From Squalus acanthias (Eukaryota), in the NCBI GenBank assembly GCA_030390025.1, contig CM059432.1, positions 145,268,001-145,332,000 on the forward strand: DNA of 64,000 nucleotides. The letters run 5' to 3'. Below, one piece after another: positions 33,445 through 45,620 of this stretch (positions are counted from its first letter, which is position 1; the number at the start of each line of letters is the position of its first letter). A program made the translations under genes and the position numbers. The notes beneath the pieces were generated by a model, which saw only the letters and a program-made list of their open reading frames with translations, was not told the origin of the DNA and did no database searches.

Positions 33445-33779
33445 TAGCAAGTAATTTTACACCTACCTCCATTGGAGGAACATCCACTTCTGTTCATGCC
33501 CAGGGTAGAAAGCTGCGAGCCCAGTGGTGCCAGTGTTAAAGCAGACAATTCAACTGTTTTTAGTCATTTATTCTATCTGTCAGTGAATATGTAAATATTG
33601 TATATAAAAGTCACTGGGGCCGGGGGGGGGGGGGGGGGGGGGGGGGGGAGGTAATTTTCACCCTCACCTCCCAGGGCAGTAAACTGGCAAAGTGCCCGCC
33701 CATTATAGAGCCCGCCCGATGAAATACATGGGCCTGAAAATGGGGCGGGTGATCCACTCTGCCTGGTTACTGTAAAAAA

Positions 33780-34600
33780 TTTCACAAACCTGCAGATCAT
33801 TCCCCCAACACCTTCATCTAGGTCAGTAATATAGACAGGAAGGAGCCAAGGCTGGTACCCGGTCTTCAGGCACATCCACAGCCATTGACAACAACTTTTT
33901 GCCTACGGGCATTCATTAATCCACTGCATTAGCTTCCCACTAATTGCACAAGATTCTACCTTGTGGAGTAATCTATGGTGAGGGACCTCATCCCATACTT
34001 TCTAAATACCCAGGTAGACAATGTTCTCAGAGCGACCCTCATCCACCAACCTAGTGACTTCTTCAAACAAATTCAACCAAATTAATAAGACATGACGTGT
34101 TGGGTGTTCCTGATGTTCCTTTTCTGTCTAGGTGATCATATAGAGCGTCAAACTAATCAGCACTGCCTTGTCTCCCTCTTCGAAAATTGGAACGAGAGGA
34201 GCATCCTTCGAGTGCGGGGCAACAATCCCCGACTCCAGCGAGCTGTTGAAGATGTGGGCAAGGTTGCTGGCAAAGCACATGTCCCATCTCTGTAAGGAAC
34301 CTCAGGTGGATGTCACCTGGGCCAGCAGCACAATCTACTTTAAGGTTCCTAATTCTGTCTAAGGTGATATCTTCATCTATTTTAACATTTACACTTTTAT
34401 TGTTAACAGTCCAGCTTCCCACCTGATGGTTGAACATCACCTTCGAGAATAAAGACTGGTGTGATCACTTCATATCTCTGCCATCCCCTTTGAGTCCATT
34501 CCAATCTGTCCCTGGGAATCTTTCAGTGGCCCTGTACAGTCTTTAACAGACCTGGCACCCAACATAACTCAGGAAGCTTTCATCGTTGCTACTGTTACAT
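33780..34600 (-). mobile_element. Old CR1-like LINE fragment
   Basis: YITDLDEGVGGMICRF and LKVDCAAGPGDIHLRFL resemble CR1 ORF2. Confidence 0.65.
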
Positions 34601-35192
34601 TATCCAGTGACCTTTATATTACTGGATACATTATCCAGTGACCTTTATATTACTGGATACATTATCCAGTGACCTTTATATTACTGGATACATTATCCAG
34701 TTTTAACGGCAACCTTGGTTTCCTTTAATTGTGCACAATATATATCTTTGTTTTCCTGAGAATTACATTCTTTTAATCTATGAAAACATTTTTGTTTAAA
34801 TGTAAATGAATGGTAACTTTTGGATCTTGTTTCCCAATATGGTGAGTTGCTGTATCACAGCAGGCCCGGTCAGAAATGGACACGAGTCAGTAATAGGTGG
34901 CTTTGACCCAGTACACTCACTCGTGAATTGCAACACTGGTTAAGATTAAAATGTGGAATTTAGAAACAGTTTTTTTTCTGAGAACAGGTATCTAGGTTTG
35001 CAAAAATATTACAGTCAATTCTGAGAATTGCTGAGTTTTTCAAAATGCTGCGTTAGTTGTTGTTAAAGTTGTAATCCTAGCACTGTGTGTCTGATCCCAG
35101 CATCAACCCCCTTATATCAAATCTAAAACTGAACAGGGCACAGGATAGGGGTAGGACAGGGAGTGATGCAGGATGGGGGGGAGGTGGGGGGG

Positions 35193-35665
35193 AAACAAAA
35201 GAAAAACTTGCATTTCCATAGCGCCTTTCACGACCACTGAACGTCTCAAAGCGCTTTACAGCCAATGCAGTACTTTTGAAGTGGAGTCACTGTTGTAATG
35301 TGGGAAACGCAGCAGCCAATTTGCGCACAGCAAGTTCCCACAAACAGCAATGTGACAATGACCAGATAATCTGTTTTTGTGATGTTGGTTGAGGGATAAA
35401 TATTGGCCAGGACACCAGGGAGAACTCCCCTGCTCTTCTTCGAAATAGTGCCATGGGATCTTTTACGTCCAACTGAGAGAGCAGACGGTGCCTCGGTTTA
35501 ACGTCTCATCCGAAAGACGGCACCTCCGACAGTGCAGCACTCCCTCAGCACTGCACTAGAGTGTCAGCCTAGCTTTATTTATGTGCTCAAGTCCCTGGAG
35601 TGTGACTTGAACCCACAACCTTCTGACTCAGAGGCGAGCGTGCTACCCACTGAGCCACAGCTGAC
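35193..35665 (-). mobile_element. Full-length DeuSINE (SacSINE1-like)
   Basis: tRNA head at 35665, Deu core, L2-like tail at 35193. Confidence 0.9.
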
Positions 35666-35964
35666 AGGATAGGAGTGACACAGGACAGGGGTGGGACAGA
35701 ATAAGGGGGGTGGTGGGGGGGACACACCATTACTCGGGGCCTGGGATAAAGCTTGATGAGCAAAGCCTGTACATTATAAGGCACAGGACTGGGAAAATGG
35801 CAACTTCTATTTTAAATAGTAAACTTTGAGAGCTGTATTTTCTTTAGTTGCTAATTTTAGTGAGTGTGTATTTATTGTTATTTGTCTGTGTTTATCCCTT
35901 ACTGAGGAATGGGTTCAAGAAAATTCGTGAAAAGAAAAAAGCTTTGTTTTACTCATTAAACCAA

Positions 35965-36556
35965 TTGTCTTTCGGATGAGACATTAAACCAAGGTCCCGT
36001 CTGCCCTCTCGGGATGTTAAACCGAGGCCCTGTCTGCCCTCTCAGGGGATGTTAAACCGAGGTCCCGTCTGCCCTCTCAGGGGATGTTAAACCGAGGTCC
36101 CGTCTGCCCTCTCAGGGGATGTTAAACCGAGGCCCTGTCTGCCCTCTCAGGGGATGTTAAACCAAGGTCCCGTCTGCCCTCTCAGGGGATGTTAAACCGA
36201 GGTCCCGTCTGCCCTCTCAGGGGATGTTAAACCGAGGTCCCGTCTGCCCTCTCAGGGGATGTTAAACCGAGGCCCTGTCTGCCCTCTCAGGGGATGTTAA
36301 ACCGAGGTCCCGTCTGCCCTCTCAGGGGATGTTAAACCGAGGTCCCGTCTGCCCTCTCAGGGGATGTTAAACCGAGGTCCCGTCTGCCCTCTCAGGGGAT
36401 GTTAAACCGAGGCCCCGTCTGCCCTCTCAGGGGATGTTAAACCGAGGCCCTGTCTGCCCTCTCAGGGGATGTTAAACCAAGGCCCTGTCTGCCCTCTCAG
36501 GGGATGTTAAACCGAGGTCCCGTCTGCCCTCTCAGGGGATGTTAAACCGAGGCCCC
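35965..36556. repeat. 35-bp minisatellite derived from the SINE Deu domain (GGGGATGTTAAACCGAGGTCCCGTCTGCCCTCTCA), ~16 copies
   Basis: The unit matches the SINE core near 14860-14895. Confidence 0.9.
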
Positions 36557-36884
36557 GAGGAACCTTGGGTTCATCATAAAACTATAGGGGCCAAGGTATG
36601 GAATGGACCTTCCGCCATGAGATTTTACAGCTCTGATATTCAGATTGTGCTTATCTCCCTCAGAGATACAGGAACAGGGAGCAAATATAAGGGCTGATGC
36701 ATCGAGAGGCAGTCATGACAAAGAGTGGCACTTACAGGGACCACTGGTCAGGGCATTGCGGGCTAGCAGCATCTGATTTAGCAGCTAGTTAAATAAAATG
36801 TATGGTCAGAAAATGCATTCATCAACATCTCATATGAAAGAATGAGAATGTGGGAGCACTGTGACTATAATAATTTGTGCCAAA

Positions 36885-37573
36885 TCTCGGAGATTAGGAG
36901 TGGGGTCTCAGAGATTAGGATTAGAGTCTCGGAGATTAGGAGTGGGGTCTCGGAGATTAGGAGTGGGGTCTCGGAGATTAGGAGTGGGGTCTCGGAGATT
37001 AGGAGTGGGGTCTCGGATGATTAGGAGTGGGGTCTCAGAGATTAGGAGTGGGGTCTCGGAGATTAGGAGTGGGGTCTCGGATGATTAGGAGTGGGGTCTC
37101 AGAGATTAGGAGTGGGGTCTCGGAGATTAGGAGTGGGGTCTCGGAGATTAGGAGTGTGGTCTCGGAGATTAGGAGTGGGGTCTCGGAGATTAGGAGTGGG
37201 GTCTCGGAGATTAGGAGTGGGGTCTCGGAGATTAGGAGTGGGGTCTCGGAGATTAGGAGTGGGGTCTCGGAGATTAGGAGTGTGGTCTCGGATGATTAGG
37301 AGTGGGGTCTCGGATGATTAGGAGTGGGGTCTCGGAGATTAGGAGTGGGGTCTCGGAGATTAGGAGTGTGGTCTCGGAGATTAGGAGTGGGGTCTCGGAT
37401 GATTAGGAGTGGGGTCTCGGATGATTAGGAGTGGGGTCTCGGAGATTAGGAGTGTGGTCTCGGAGATTAGGAGTGTGGTCTCGGAGATTAGGAGTGGGGT
37501 CTCGGAGATTAGGAGTGGGGTCTCGGAGATTAGGAGTGTGGTCTCGGAGATTAGGAGTGGGGTCTCGGAGATT
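36885..37573. repeat. 21/22-bp minisatellite (GGAGTGGGGTCTCGGAGATTA)
   Basis: Direct tandem units. Confidence 0.95.
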
Positions 37574-38137
37574 ACACAATGTGCAATTCCCTCGGTTTGC
37601 CTGGGCGTAGACTGGGTAAATAGGGACTTGCACAATTTCATTGGTCCATTTCACATGAAAAGTGAAACTCCACAGCTCAGTTGACCAATATCCTGACGTT
37701 GTTACTGGTTACGTGACTTGCTAGTTGCACTAGGATGTTCTAAAGCAGAGTGAGAACAGGTGATTCTACATTAACTGTCTCTACTAACGTAAATTTTATT
37801 TTATGAACTCATTCATTTAAAAGCACGCACAATCGCCATTTAATTTTGTAAATGACGACAAAAAAGGTTATAGTGCTTTTAGTATCCAGTCTCTGGCCTT
37901 TTTCAGATGCTAAGCGGCTTCCTAAACCTCCAATATGGCGAGCAGGGACCGTACGCTCATTATGCGTTGGAAATGTGGCACCTGCCATATTGGTAAAAGC
38001 CAAAGAATTGCCATGCAGTGCCTACGGCTGAAACGGGCTTTAGGCCCTTTGCATATGGTACCAAGGGGCCTAACGTGCGTGTGAGGTCCCCGGCTGCACG
38101 CAGCAAAACCAGAACTACATGCTGCCTACATCACAAC

Positions 38138-38495
38138 TCCCCATCGCCCCCCCCACCCCATCGCCCCCCCACCCCATCGCCCCCCCCCACCCCATCGCCC
38201 CCCCACCCCATCGCCCACCCCACCCCATGACCCCCCCACCCCATCGCCCCCCCACCCCATCGCCCACCCCACCCCATCGCCCACCCCACCCCATCGCCCC
38301 CCCACCCCATCGCCCACCCCACCCCATCGCCCACCCCACCCCATTGCCCCCCCCACCCCATCGCCCACCCCACCCCATCGCCCACCCCACCCCATTGCCC
38401 CCCCACCCCATTGCCCCCCCACCCCATCGGCCCCCCACCTCATCGCCCCCCCCACTCCATTGCCCCCCCACCCCATCGGCCCCGCACCCCATCGC
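38138..38495. repeat. C-rich tandem repeat (CCCACCCCATCGCC), next to a Harbinger-like 3' end GAATTTCTAGGCCC
   Basis: Direct tandem units; TIR-like end at ~38507-38519. Confidence 0.8.
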
Positions 38496-38585
38496 AAACC
38501 CCCTTGAATTTCTAGGCCCTAATTTGTTCATTTCTGGGCAGTTTGCTCAAATACTGAAGGTGTGGTAGATCCTAAATCGAGAACG

Positions 38586-39570
38586 GACAGAAAACAGAGA
38601 GTAGGAATAAACGGGTCATTTTCGGGTTGGATGAGGGGACCAAATGTAATATATCCAAGTTTGTTGATGATACAAAGCTGGGTGGAAATGTAAGTTGTGA
38701 GGAGGATGCAAAGAGGCTTCAAGGGGATATAGACAGGCTAAGTGAGTGGGCAAGAACATGGCAAATGGAATATAATGTGGAGAAATGTGAAGTTATCCAC
38801 TTTGGTAGGAAAAATAGAAAAGCAGAGTATTTTTTAAATGGTGAGAGATTGGTGTTCAGAGGGACCTGGGTGTTCTTGTACATGAATCACTGAAAGTTAA
38901 CATGTAGGTACAGCGAGCAATTAGGTATGTTGGCCTTTATTACAAGAGGATTTGAGTATAAGAATAGAGACGTCTTACTGCAATTATATAGGGCCCTAGT
39001 GAGACCACACCTGGAGTATTGTGTACAGTTTTGGTCTCCTTACCTAAGGAAGGATATACTTGCCATACAGGGAGTTCAACGAAGGTTCACCAGACTGATT
39101 CCTGGGATGTGGGGATTGTCCTATGAGGAGAGATTGAGTAGACTAGGCCTATATTCTCTAGAGTTTAGAAGAATGAGAGGTGATCTCATTGAAACATACA
39201 AAATTCTTACAGGGCTTGACAGGGTAGATGCAGGGAGGATGTTTCCCCTGGCTGGGGAGTCTAGAACCAGGGGTCACAGTCTCAGAATAAGGGTTCGGCC
39301 ATTTAGGACTGAGATGAGGAGAAATTTCTTCTCTCAGAGGGTGGTGAATCTTTGGAATTCTCTACCCCAGAGGGCATCGGAGGCTCAGTCGTTGAGTATA
39401 TTCAAGACAGAGAGCGATAGATTTTTGGATATTAAGGGAATCAAGGGATATGGGGATAGTGCAGGAAAGTGGAGATGAGGTAGAAGATCAGCCATGATCT
39501 TATTGAATGGCGGAGCAGGCTCGAAGGGCCGAATGACCGACTCCTGCTCCTATTTCTTATGTTCTTATGT
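38586..39570 (+). mobile_element. CR1 LINE 3' fragment
   Basis: KFVDDTKLGG, LVRPHLEYC, tail TTCTTATGTTCTTATG. Confidence 0.95.
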
Positions 39571-40509
39571 TAACCTGCCTCCAGTGACGTCACAGGAATA
39601 CATTTACTGTACATAGAATTACTGTTAAATCTATTGCAGCTCTAAAGCACAGAATGAATCAGTACTGGAATTGTCAGGGATGCATTTTGCTGTATATAAA
39701 CAGTCCAGACAGACTCATTACAGCTTTTAACATAACACCTGGGGATTCTAAACCCTCTCCCAAAGGTCTCATAGTTTCAGTCGATTGGGAATCCTATCCT
39801 ATACAAGCACAGACTCCAGCACTAACAGATTTCTATTGAGGAATCACTGTGTCCCTGATAGTGAGTTATTATTTGTCCGCAGATTGAGTGGGTACCACTA
39901 ATTGCAACACTAGATATAAATCCTGTGCTGTCCAGTTGCTGCTGTAGTGTGAGTGATATACTCATCGCTACAGGCCTCCAATAACCAACCTCACTCCAAA
40001 AAGGGAAAATCAATTTGCTCCAAGGTACTGTCGCTATAACTCACCCAGCTTTATATTTTTCAATCACACTAGGTAATTGCTATTCACGATATGCATTGGA
40101 TGAAGGCTGCTGCCAATTGTGGATCAATGCAGACAGTCTGTAGAAGACCCAAACCAACAATGCAAGGTCAATCACTTGCTGAGACATCACGGGATCTGAT
40201 TTGCTGATTCTTGTGCTTCTTGTTCTGAAACTAAAACAAGTTGCACTTGCACTTCTAGAGAGCAGAATTAAATCTTTTTAAGGCAGGGGTGGGCAATTAT
40301 TTGGGCTAGAGGGCCACTTAACAAGTTTTGGTGAGCTGTTGAAGGCCACACACCAATGTTCCCCCTAATCGTGAGTTTCCGTGCAGGAAGAGATACCGCG
40401 TTAGTGAGAGCAAAGTGTTAACTTGATAAATTTGAAACAGACGAACTCATAGTGTTGATCAGCTCTTCCATTTCTACCTTCCCAATAATTTATGAACATA
40501 AATTCAGAT

Positions 40510-40827
40510 AGTAGTCTGAAAGGCTGTTCCCACTAGTTGATGGTACAGGACTAGGGGACACAGATTTAAGGTTTTGGGCAAGAGATACAGGGGGGATGTG
40601 AGGAAAAACTTTTTTACACAGCGAGTGGTGAGGACCTGGAACTTGCTGCTGACAGAAGTGGAGACACTCAATGTTTTCAAGGGGAGGCTGGATAGGCACT
40701 TGAGGGAAATAAACTTGCAGGGCTACGGGGATAGAGTGGGGGAATGGGACTGACTGGATTGCTCTACAGAGAGCCGGCACGGACTCGATGGGCCAAATGG
40801 CCTCCTTCTGTGCTGTTATGACTCTAT
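40510..40827 (+). mobile_element. CR1 3' fragment (tail continues at 41723-41731)
   Basis: AACTTTTTTACACAGCGAGTGGTG, ATGGGCCAAATGGCCTCCTTCTGTGC, (ATGACTCT)n tail. Confidence 0.85.
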
Positions 40828-41722
40828 GGGGGAGAAATTCAGTATCGCTCCATTTGGGGCGAAGTTATCGGCCGGGCGCAAAGATTAGCGCCTGCCGCTA
40901 ATTATCGCCACCGACTGCAAACTTGACTTTTATCGCCCCTGGAGGTGATTGGAGCGCTAAATCAGGCGCTTCACACCTGTCTTAAGGCGCAAAGGCCGAG
41001 GAGCGAGGCGCTACCTCAGAGCGCTGGTGAAGCTCATGAGAGGTCAGTCAGCAATGGAACACACACACAATGGCGCGGGCCAGTTCTTAAAGGGGAGGGT
41101 TGATCTTGCTTTCCATCCACATCCTGCTCATTGCAGCCTTGAATCTCGGCCTGGAGAGACCTGCACATCAAATCTGCTGGAAAGAACAATGAAGAGTACC
41201 AGGGAAAGAGCTCAGAGTGCAGCCCCCACAGTCTCTTCTAAATCGATACAAGGAAGGGCAAATCAAAATGAACCTGCAAAGGGCTGCTCAGTACCCAAAA
41301 CTCCTTCACACAGCGTTGAATCTCTCCAGAAGTCTCTCTCTCTCTCTCGCTCAGAATGCGTGGTTCAAAAATGTCACCAACAATAAAAGGCAGGAAGCGG
41401 TCACCTTTAAATAGCGCTCCCCCAGTCCCTTCCTGACTGCAAAATGCTCCCCTCAACCTGTTGTTGCTAGTGGCAGGCGGTAAGGCAGGGGGCGCCACTC
41501 AATATCCGCTCTGGGGCGATACCGGGGCGTTGCGCACTCGACTGACGTCATGATCTGCCGGTGCAGGAGATCGTGGCGGTAGTGTTTAGCGCCGCCGCTA
41601 AATGTCTAGTTAATTTCGCGAGTGGCGCAAACATCGCCGCGCCCGGGCGCTAGATGCTTTGCGCCCCATTAGTGCCCTCTTAAGGCGCTAACGGGAGGCG
41701 CAACCAACTGAATTTTTCCCCC
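40828..41722. mobile_element. Harbinger-type MITE, TSD TAT
   Basis: TIRs GGGGGAGAAATTCAG / CTGAATTTTTCCCCC. Confidence 0.85.
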
Positions 41723-41968
41723 TATGACTCTAGTCAGATACTATCTTAAATACACAAAACGTAGTGTAAAATAGTAAAATCTTCAGTTACTAAATGAATG
41801 AAATGATTGATCGATCGATTATATGTGGTACTGAAGGTCTATGTGGCTGCTTGGCCGAGCGGCTGGAGTCTGCGGGGTCTCTGACGCGAGAGATGTTCTC
41901 TTTGTACGGGAGCTGAGTATGGGAGCCCGAGGCTTCGCAAGGCCCGAGCTACAATCGCGTGCCATTAC

Positions 41969-42115
41969 CTGGAGTCCATGTGCTCCGGGATCCACTCCCG
42001 TGTCTAAGACGGCGATGAGAACCCCCCTGCCATCGTACTCTGGGTACCGGGAGAGGGAAGACGCAGCGCCGGACTCGTTCCTCGGTAAAAGAATCATCGA
42101 GATGAGCAGCCGTGA
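41969..42115 (-). pseudogene. TPP2: Tripeptidyl-peptidase II exon 1 fragment with intron donor
   Basis: [41 protein letters not shown] then GTAATG matches TPP2 exon 1 ([41 protein letters not shown]); the N-terminus is disrupted. Confidence 0.85.
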
Positions 42116-43695
42116 CTCGACTCAGACTAATGTGCAGCTCGAGCTCTGGCTCGCTTTCTATTTCTGTCCCATCCAGTGAGCTGGATAGAATGAACTGGTG
42201 GCCGGACACGGCCCGCGGGCTGTATTTTTCAGGCCACTGGGCTAGAAGCTCCCCCACTCTTTACTGAGGAAACTCCCAGAAACGGCAGGGACCCGACGTA
42301 AGTGGGTCTGCGCCAGAGTTACACCGGGAGACTGGCAGTTCCCCCGCCGAATTCAGACAACACCTTTCACCCAATTGCACCAATAAACAAAAATAGCATT
42401 TTATAACTCACTGGAATGAAATCAAGCCCAGGACTAATTTTGAATTAGTCGCTAAAATTCCTTCAGAGACAAGTTGAGACTAAAAACTCGCTGCAAGTTT
42501 TAAAACAAGTTCTAAGTAAACAATCTTCCAATCGATTCGATTGTGTCAATTCCGAGTCATGTTGCCAATGGCATTATTTGATATATTTAAAGTATTTATG
42601 TTATCGTGCATTTATCTGGAAAGTTTGCACAGATTTATGGAAACTGAACCCACAAACCGTGAGTAACTCGCCTTTCACGTTGCAGTGACGGAGCAGAAAC
42701 TGAGGTTTCGGGTGTGGTAACGACACCTTGATGCGGCGAATGGCAGATTCGAGTTGCCCCGCCTCTGTTTTTGGTAATGACTCCCCCGCTGCCTTGGAGA
42801 CAATGACCCGGCTCCTGCCGTTCCGTGGGGCGAGGTCAGGCTATGGGTCAGGTGCAATGGACATTTGGCCTCGAAGCCAGGCCTTGGCAGGCCGGATTGA
42901 ATCCATTGGCGGGCAGGATACGGCCCACGGGCCGTCTTTTGCTCACCACTGTTTTAAGGGGTAATTATACAATCATAGAATTTAACAGCACAGACAGAGG
43001 CCATTCGGCCCATTGCTCTGAAAGAGCTATCCACTTAGTCCCATTCCCCTATCCTTTCCCCATACCCCTTTAAATGCTTATTTTTATCCACCTCCCACAA
43101 TCGTCTATATTACCCTCCAAATGCACAGCTCCCAGTCACCACATCCGACTTCCAAACTGGAGTCCAAACTGAGGAAGCAAAACCATTAAGTTCGGCAACT
43201 CTGAGAAATGTATTTCCTGCCCTCGGCAGCTGATCATATCTTACCGCCAACGTGCCACTGTGTGCTCCGCCATGTCTACCTAATCTGGTGCTGCCCGTGA
43301 GTGAGAGGTCAGAGTGTGCAAGGTGGCTGCGGACTGTCTGATTGGGCCTCTGGCCAGTGGCGGACTCTTTCTCCCATCACCTACATGCCTGCGATGGAGC
43401 AGCTGTAGTTCCAGTGCTTCTGACGGGCTGCCTGGCCCTGTTAACTTTATTGCCACCCGCGCAGGCATCTGAGAGGGCTGACCCGAGGGCGTACTGGGCA
43501 CTGATTACACAAGGCCACGGCTCAGTGTAATTGTAGACTGAGCTATGAATGAGTGCTGCAAAAACTCTGTCTCATGGTTGTCTACAACTGGTCGCCATTC
43601 CTGTCCAACCTGGAAGAGACTGTCCTCTCCAAGTGCTCACCCAAGGCCTCAGTGCTGGGGTGACTGGAACGGTCAGAGGCTGCCATGCTACGATG

Positions 43696-44006
43696 GGGCA
43701 ACACGGTGGCATAGTGGTTAGCACTGTTGCCTCACAGCACCAGGGACCCAGGTTCGAATCTGGCCACGGGTGACTGTCTGTGTGGAGTTTGCACATTCTC
43801 CCCCTGTCTGCGTGGGTTTCCTCCGGGTGCTCCGGTTTCTTCCCACAGTCCAAAGATGTGCGGGTTAGGTTGATTTGGCTATGATAAATTGACCCTTAGT
43901 GTTAGGGGGATTAAATACGTGGGGTTACGGGGATAGGGTGGGATATGTGTCGGTGCAGGCTCGATGGGCCGAAATGGACTCTATCTGCATTGTGGGGATT
44001 CTGTGA
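43696..44006 (+). mobile_element. HE1-like V-SINE
   Basis: tRNA head GGTGGCATAGTGGTTAGCAC...GGTTCGAATC, V-domain TGTGTGGAGTTTGCACATTCTC...GGTTTCCTCCGGGTGCTCCGGTTTC, CR1-like tail. Confidence 0.9.
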
Positions 44007-44202
44007 ACAGTGTTGCCCACACTGGAGGACTGTCTGCAGGGCCTGTACGGAGGGGCAATGGTTTGCAACAATCCGTCTTTTAAAAAGGACCCACGAGATC
44101 CGTTTCCTGACCTTCTGCTCAGGAGCATCAGGCTCCTCACCCTCTTGCCCAGTCATGCTCTTTGCATCGACCTGAGCAATGTCCTCATCCTTACTATGTG
44201 AA

Positions 44203-44423
44203 TAAATGTGAGAAGTCGCACAACACCAGGTTATAGTCCAACAGTTTTATTTGAAATCACAAGCTTTCGGAGCGCTGTTCCTTCGTCAGGTCACTTCACC
44301 TGACGAAGGAGCAGCGCTCCGAAAGCTTGTGATTTCAAATAAAGCTGTTGGACTATAACCTGGTGTTGTGCGACTTCTCACATTTGTCCACCCCAGTCCA
44401 ACACCGGCATTTCCACATCATGG
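44203..44423. mobile_element. Fold-back Penelope-type insertion with hammerhead cores on both arms; 12-bp TSD TTACTATGTGAA
   Basis: ~88-bp inverted arms; TSD at 44191-44202 and 44424-44435. Confidence 0.8.
44296..44332 (+). ncRNA. Minimal type I hammerhead ribozyme core
   Basis: TCAC-CTGACGA-A-GGAGC-AGC-GCTCC-GAAA-GCT-T-GTGA. Confidence 0.75.
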
Positions 44424-45384
44424 TTACTATGTGAAGGCCTTTGGGCTGGTTCGGCACAGAGAGGGAAAATGACGGTGTGGGAGATGCAGTGCTTGCACAG
44501 CCTGAAGCAGAAGGACCCGGCCGATCTCTCTCCTCCTTGCTTCTCTTTCAGATGGAGCCTCATTACACATCTTTCCTTTTGCTTCTACATGTGAAAAGTG
44601 GAAAGGTTTGTTCCAAATGTCACCTTGTACATATGAGATAATGATATATGGAGTCACTGACACCCAGCAAGGAATTACATGGCTGTCATTCAATGAAGGG
44701 AGCTCTGACCTTATTGCAACAGTTATCAGAACCTTCCAGATTGAATGTCAACTTTATAGCCCTCCTGGAATGTTACGCTTTATATATTTGTGCATATAAT
44801 ACTTTACCTTCGGTGCCTTATTTAGTGTGTTTAGTAACAGTCACAAAACAAGAGGAAGTAAGTGTGTTGCATTTCACTACCATTAGAGAGTATTAAGGGT
44901 AGCAGTTCATGTTTTACATCAATGCATTTAATAGTTAGCAAGTTCTAACTAGTGTGTAATGATGTATGAGAAAGCGTTTAATCAGTTGTGATGACATTTG
45001 ACCCAAGGGTTTTCTGATCATGAAGCGGTGTAGCTGGGACGGCTCTCCAAGGTGTAATCTCATCTCATCGCATTCTGATTGCTAAATGACCCACACTCCA
45101 CTCTCAGGATTTACAGTGTCATCAGAAACTCGGAATTCTGCCATCTTATTCTCGAGGTTTGAGTGGGTAGACGCATGGGGAATTTTAGAGAACATGCCCT
45201 GGCTAATTGTCACAATTATAGTGTGACTGCTGCCTTTCTCACTAAGCCGGGGTATACACAATACCACGGGTCTTTAGGATGACACTGAGAGTCCGTCTCA
45301 GGACAGTCAACATCAACAATGGAGCTGATTTACATTAAACTATGAGCCTGGGATCTGGTAAATGGAGTAAGTATCCACAGACAA

Positions 45385-45620
45385 TCACCCCCTCCCTGAC
45401 ACCCCTCCCCCGATACCCCCTCTACAACACTCCCTCCCCCTCCCCTGACACCCCCTCCCCAACACCCCCTCCCCTCCCCCGATACCCCCTCCTCTCCCCC
45501 TCCCCCTCCCTGACACCCCCTCCCTATACCCCCTCTCCAACACTCCCTCCCCCTCCCCTAACACCCCCTCCCTAACACTCCTTCCCCTCCCCCGATACCC
45601 CCTCCTCTCCCCCTCCCTAT
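45385..45620. repeat. C-rich low-complexity tandem repeat
   Basis: ACACCCCCTCCCC / GATACCCCCTC units. Confidence 0.8.

Larger units (their letters stand above)
40284..42951. mobile_element. Non-autonomous hAT (Charlie-like) element, 8-bp TSD TTTTAAGG, carrying a captured TPP2 exon and nested inserts
   Basis: TIRs CAGGGGTGGGCAA / TTGCTCACCACTG; TSD at 40276-40283 and 42952-42959. Confidence 0.85.

Noticed and set aside
34596..34700. 31-bp triple repeat with internal TCCAGT/ACTGGA inverted motif
   Set aside because: A simple local tandem duplication with no evidence of function.
35965..36556. CRISPR-like 35-bp repeats (also the 33-bp repeats at 8653-9200)
   Set aside because: Head-to-tail with no unique spacers, SINE-derived, eukaryotic context, no cas genes.
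41819..42097. Functional TPP2 gene
   Set aside because: N-terminus disrupted, conserved residues changed, enclosed in a hAT element, and no further exons recognised.
43696..43770. tRNA gene
   Set aside because: It is the tRNA-derived head of a V-SINE and runs on into the V-domain.
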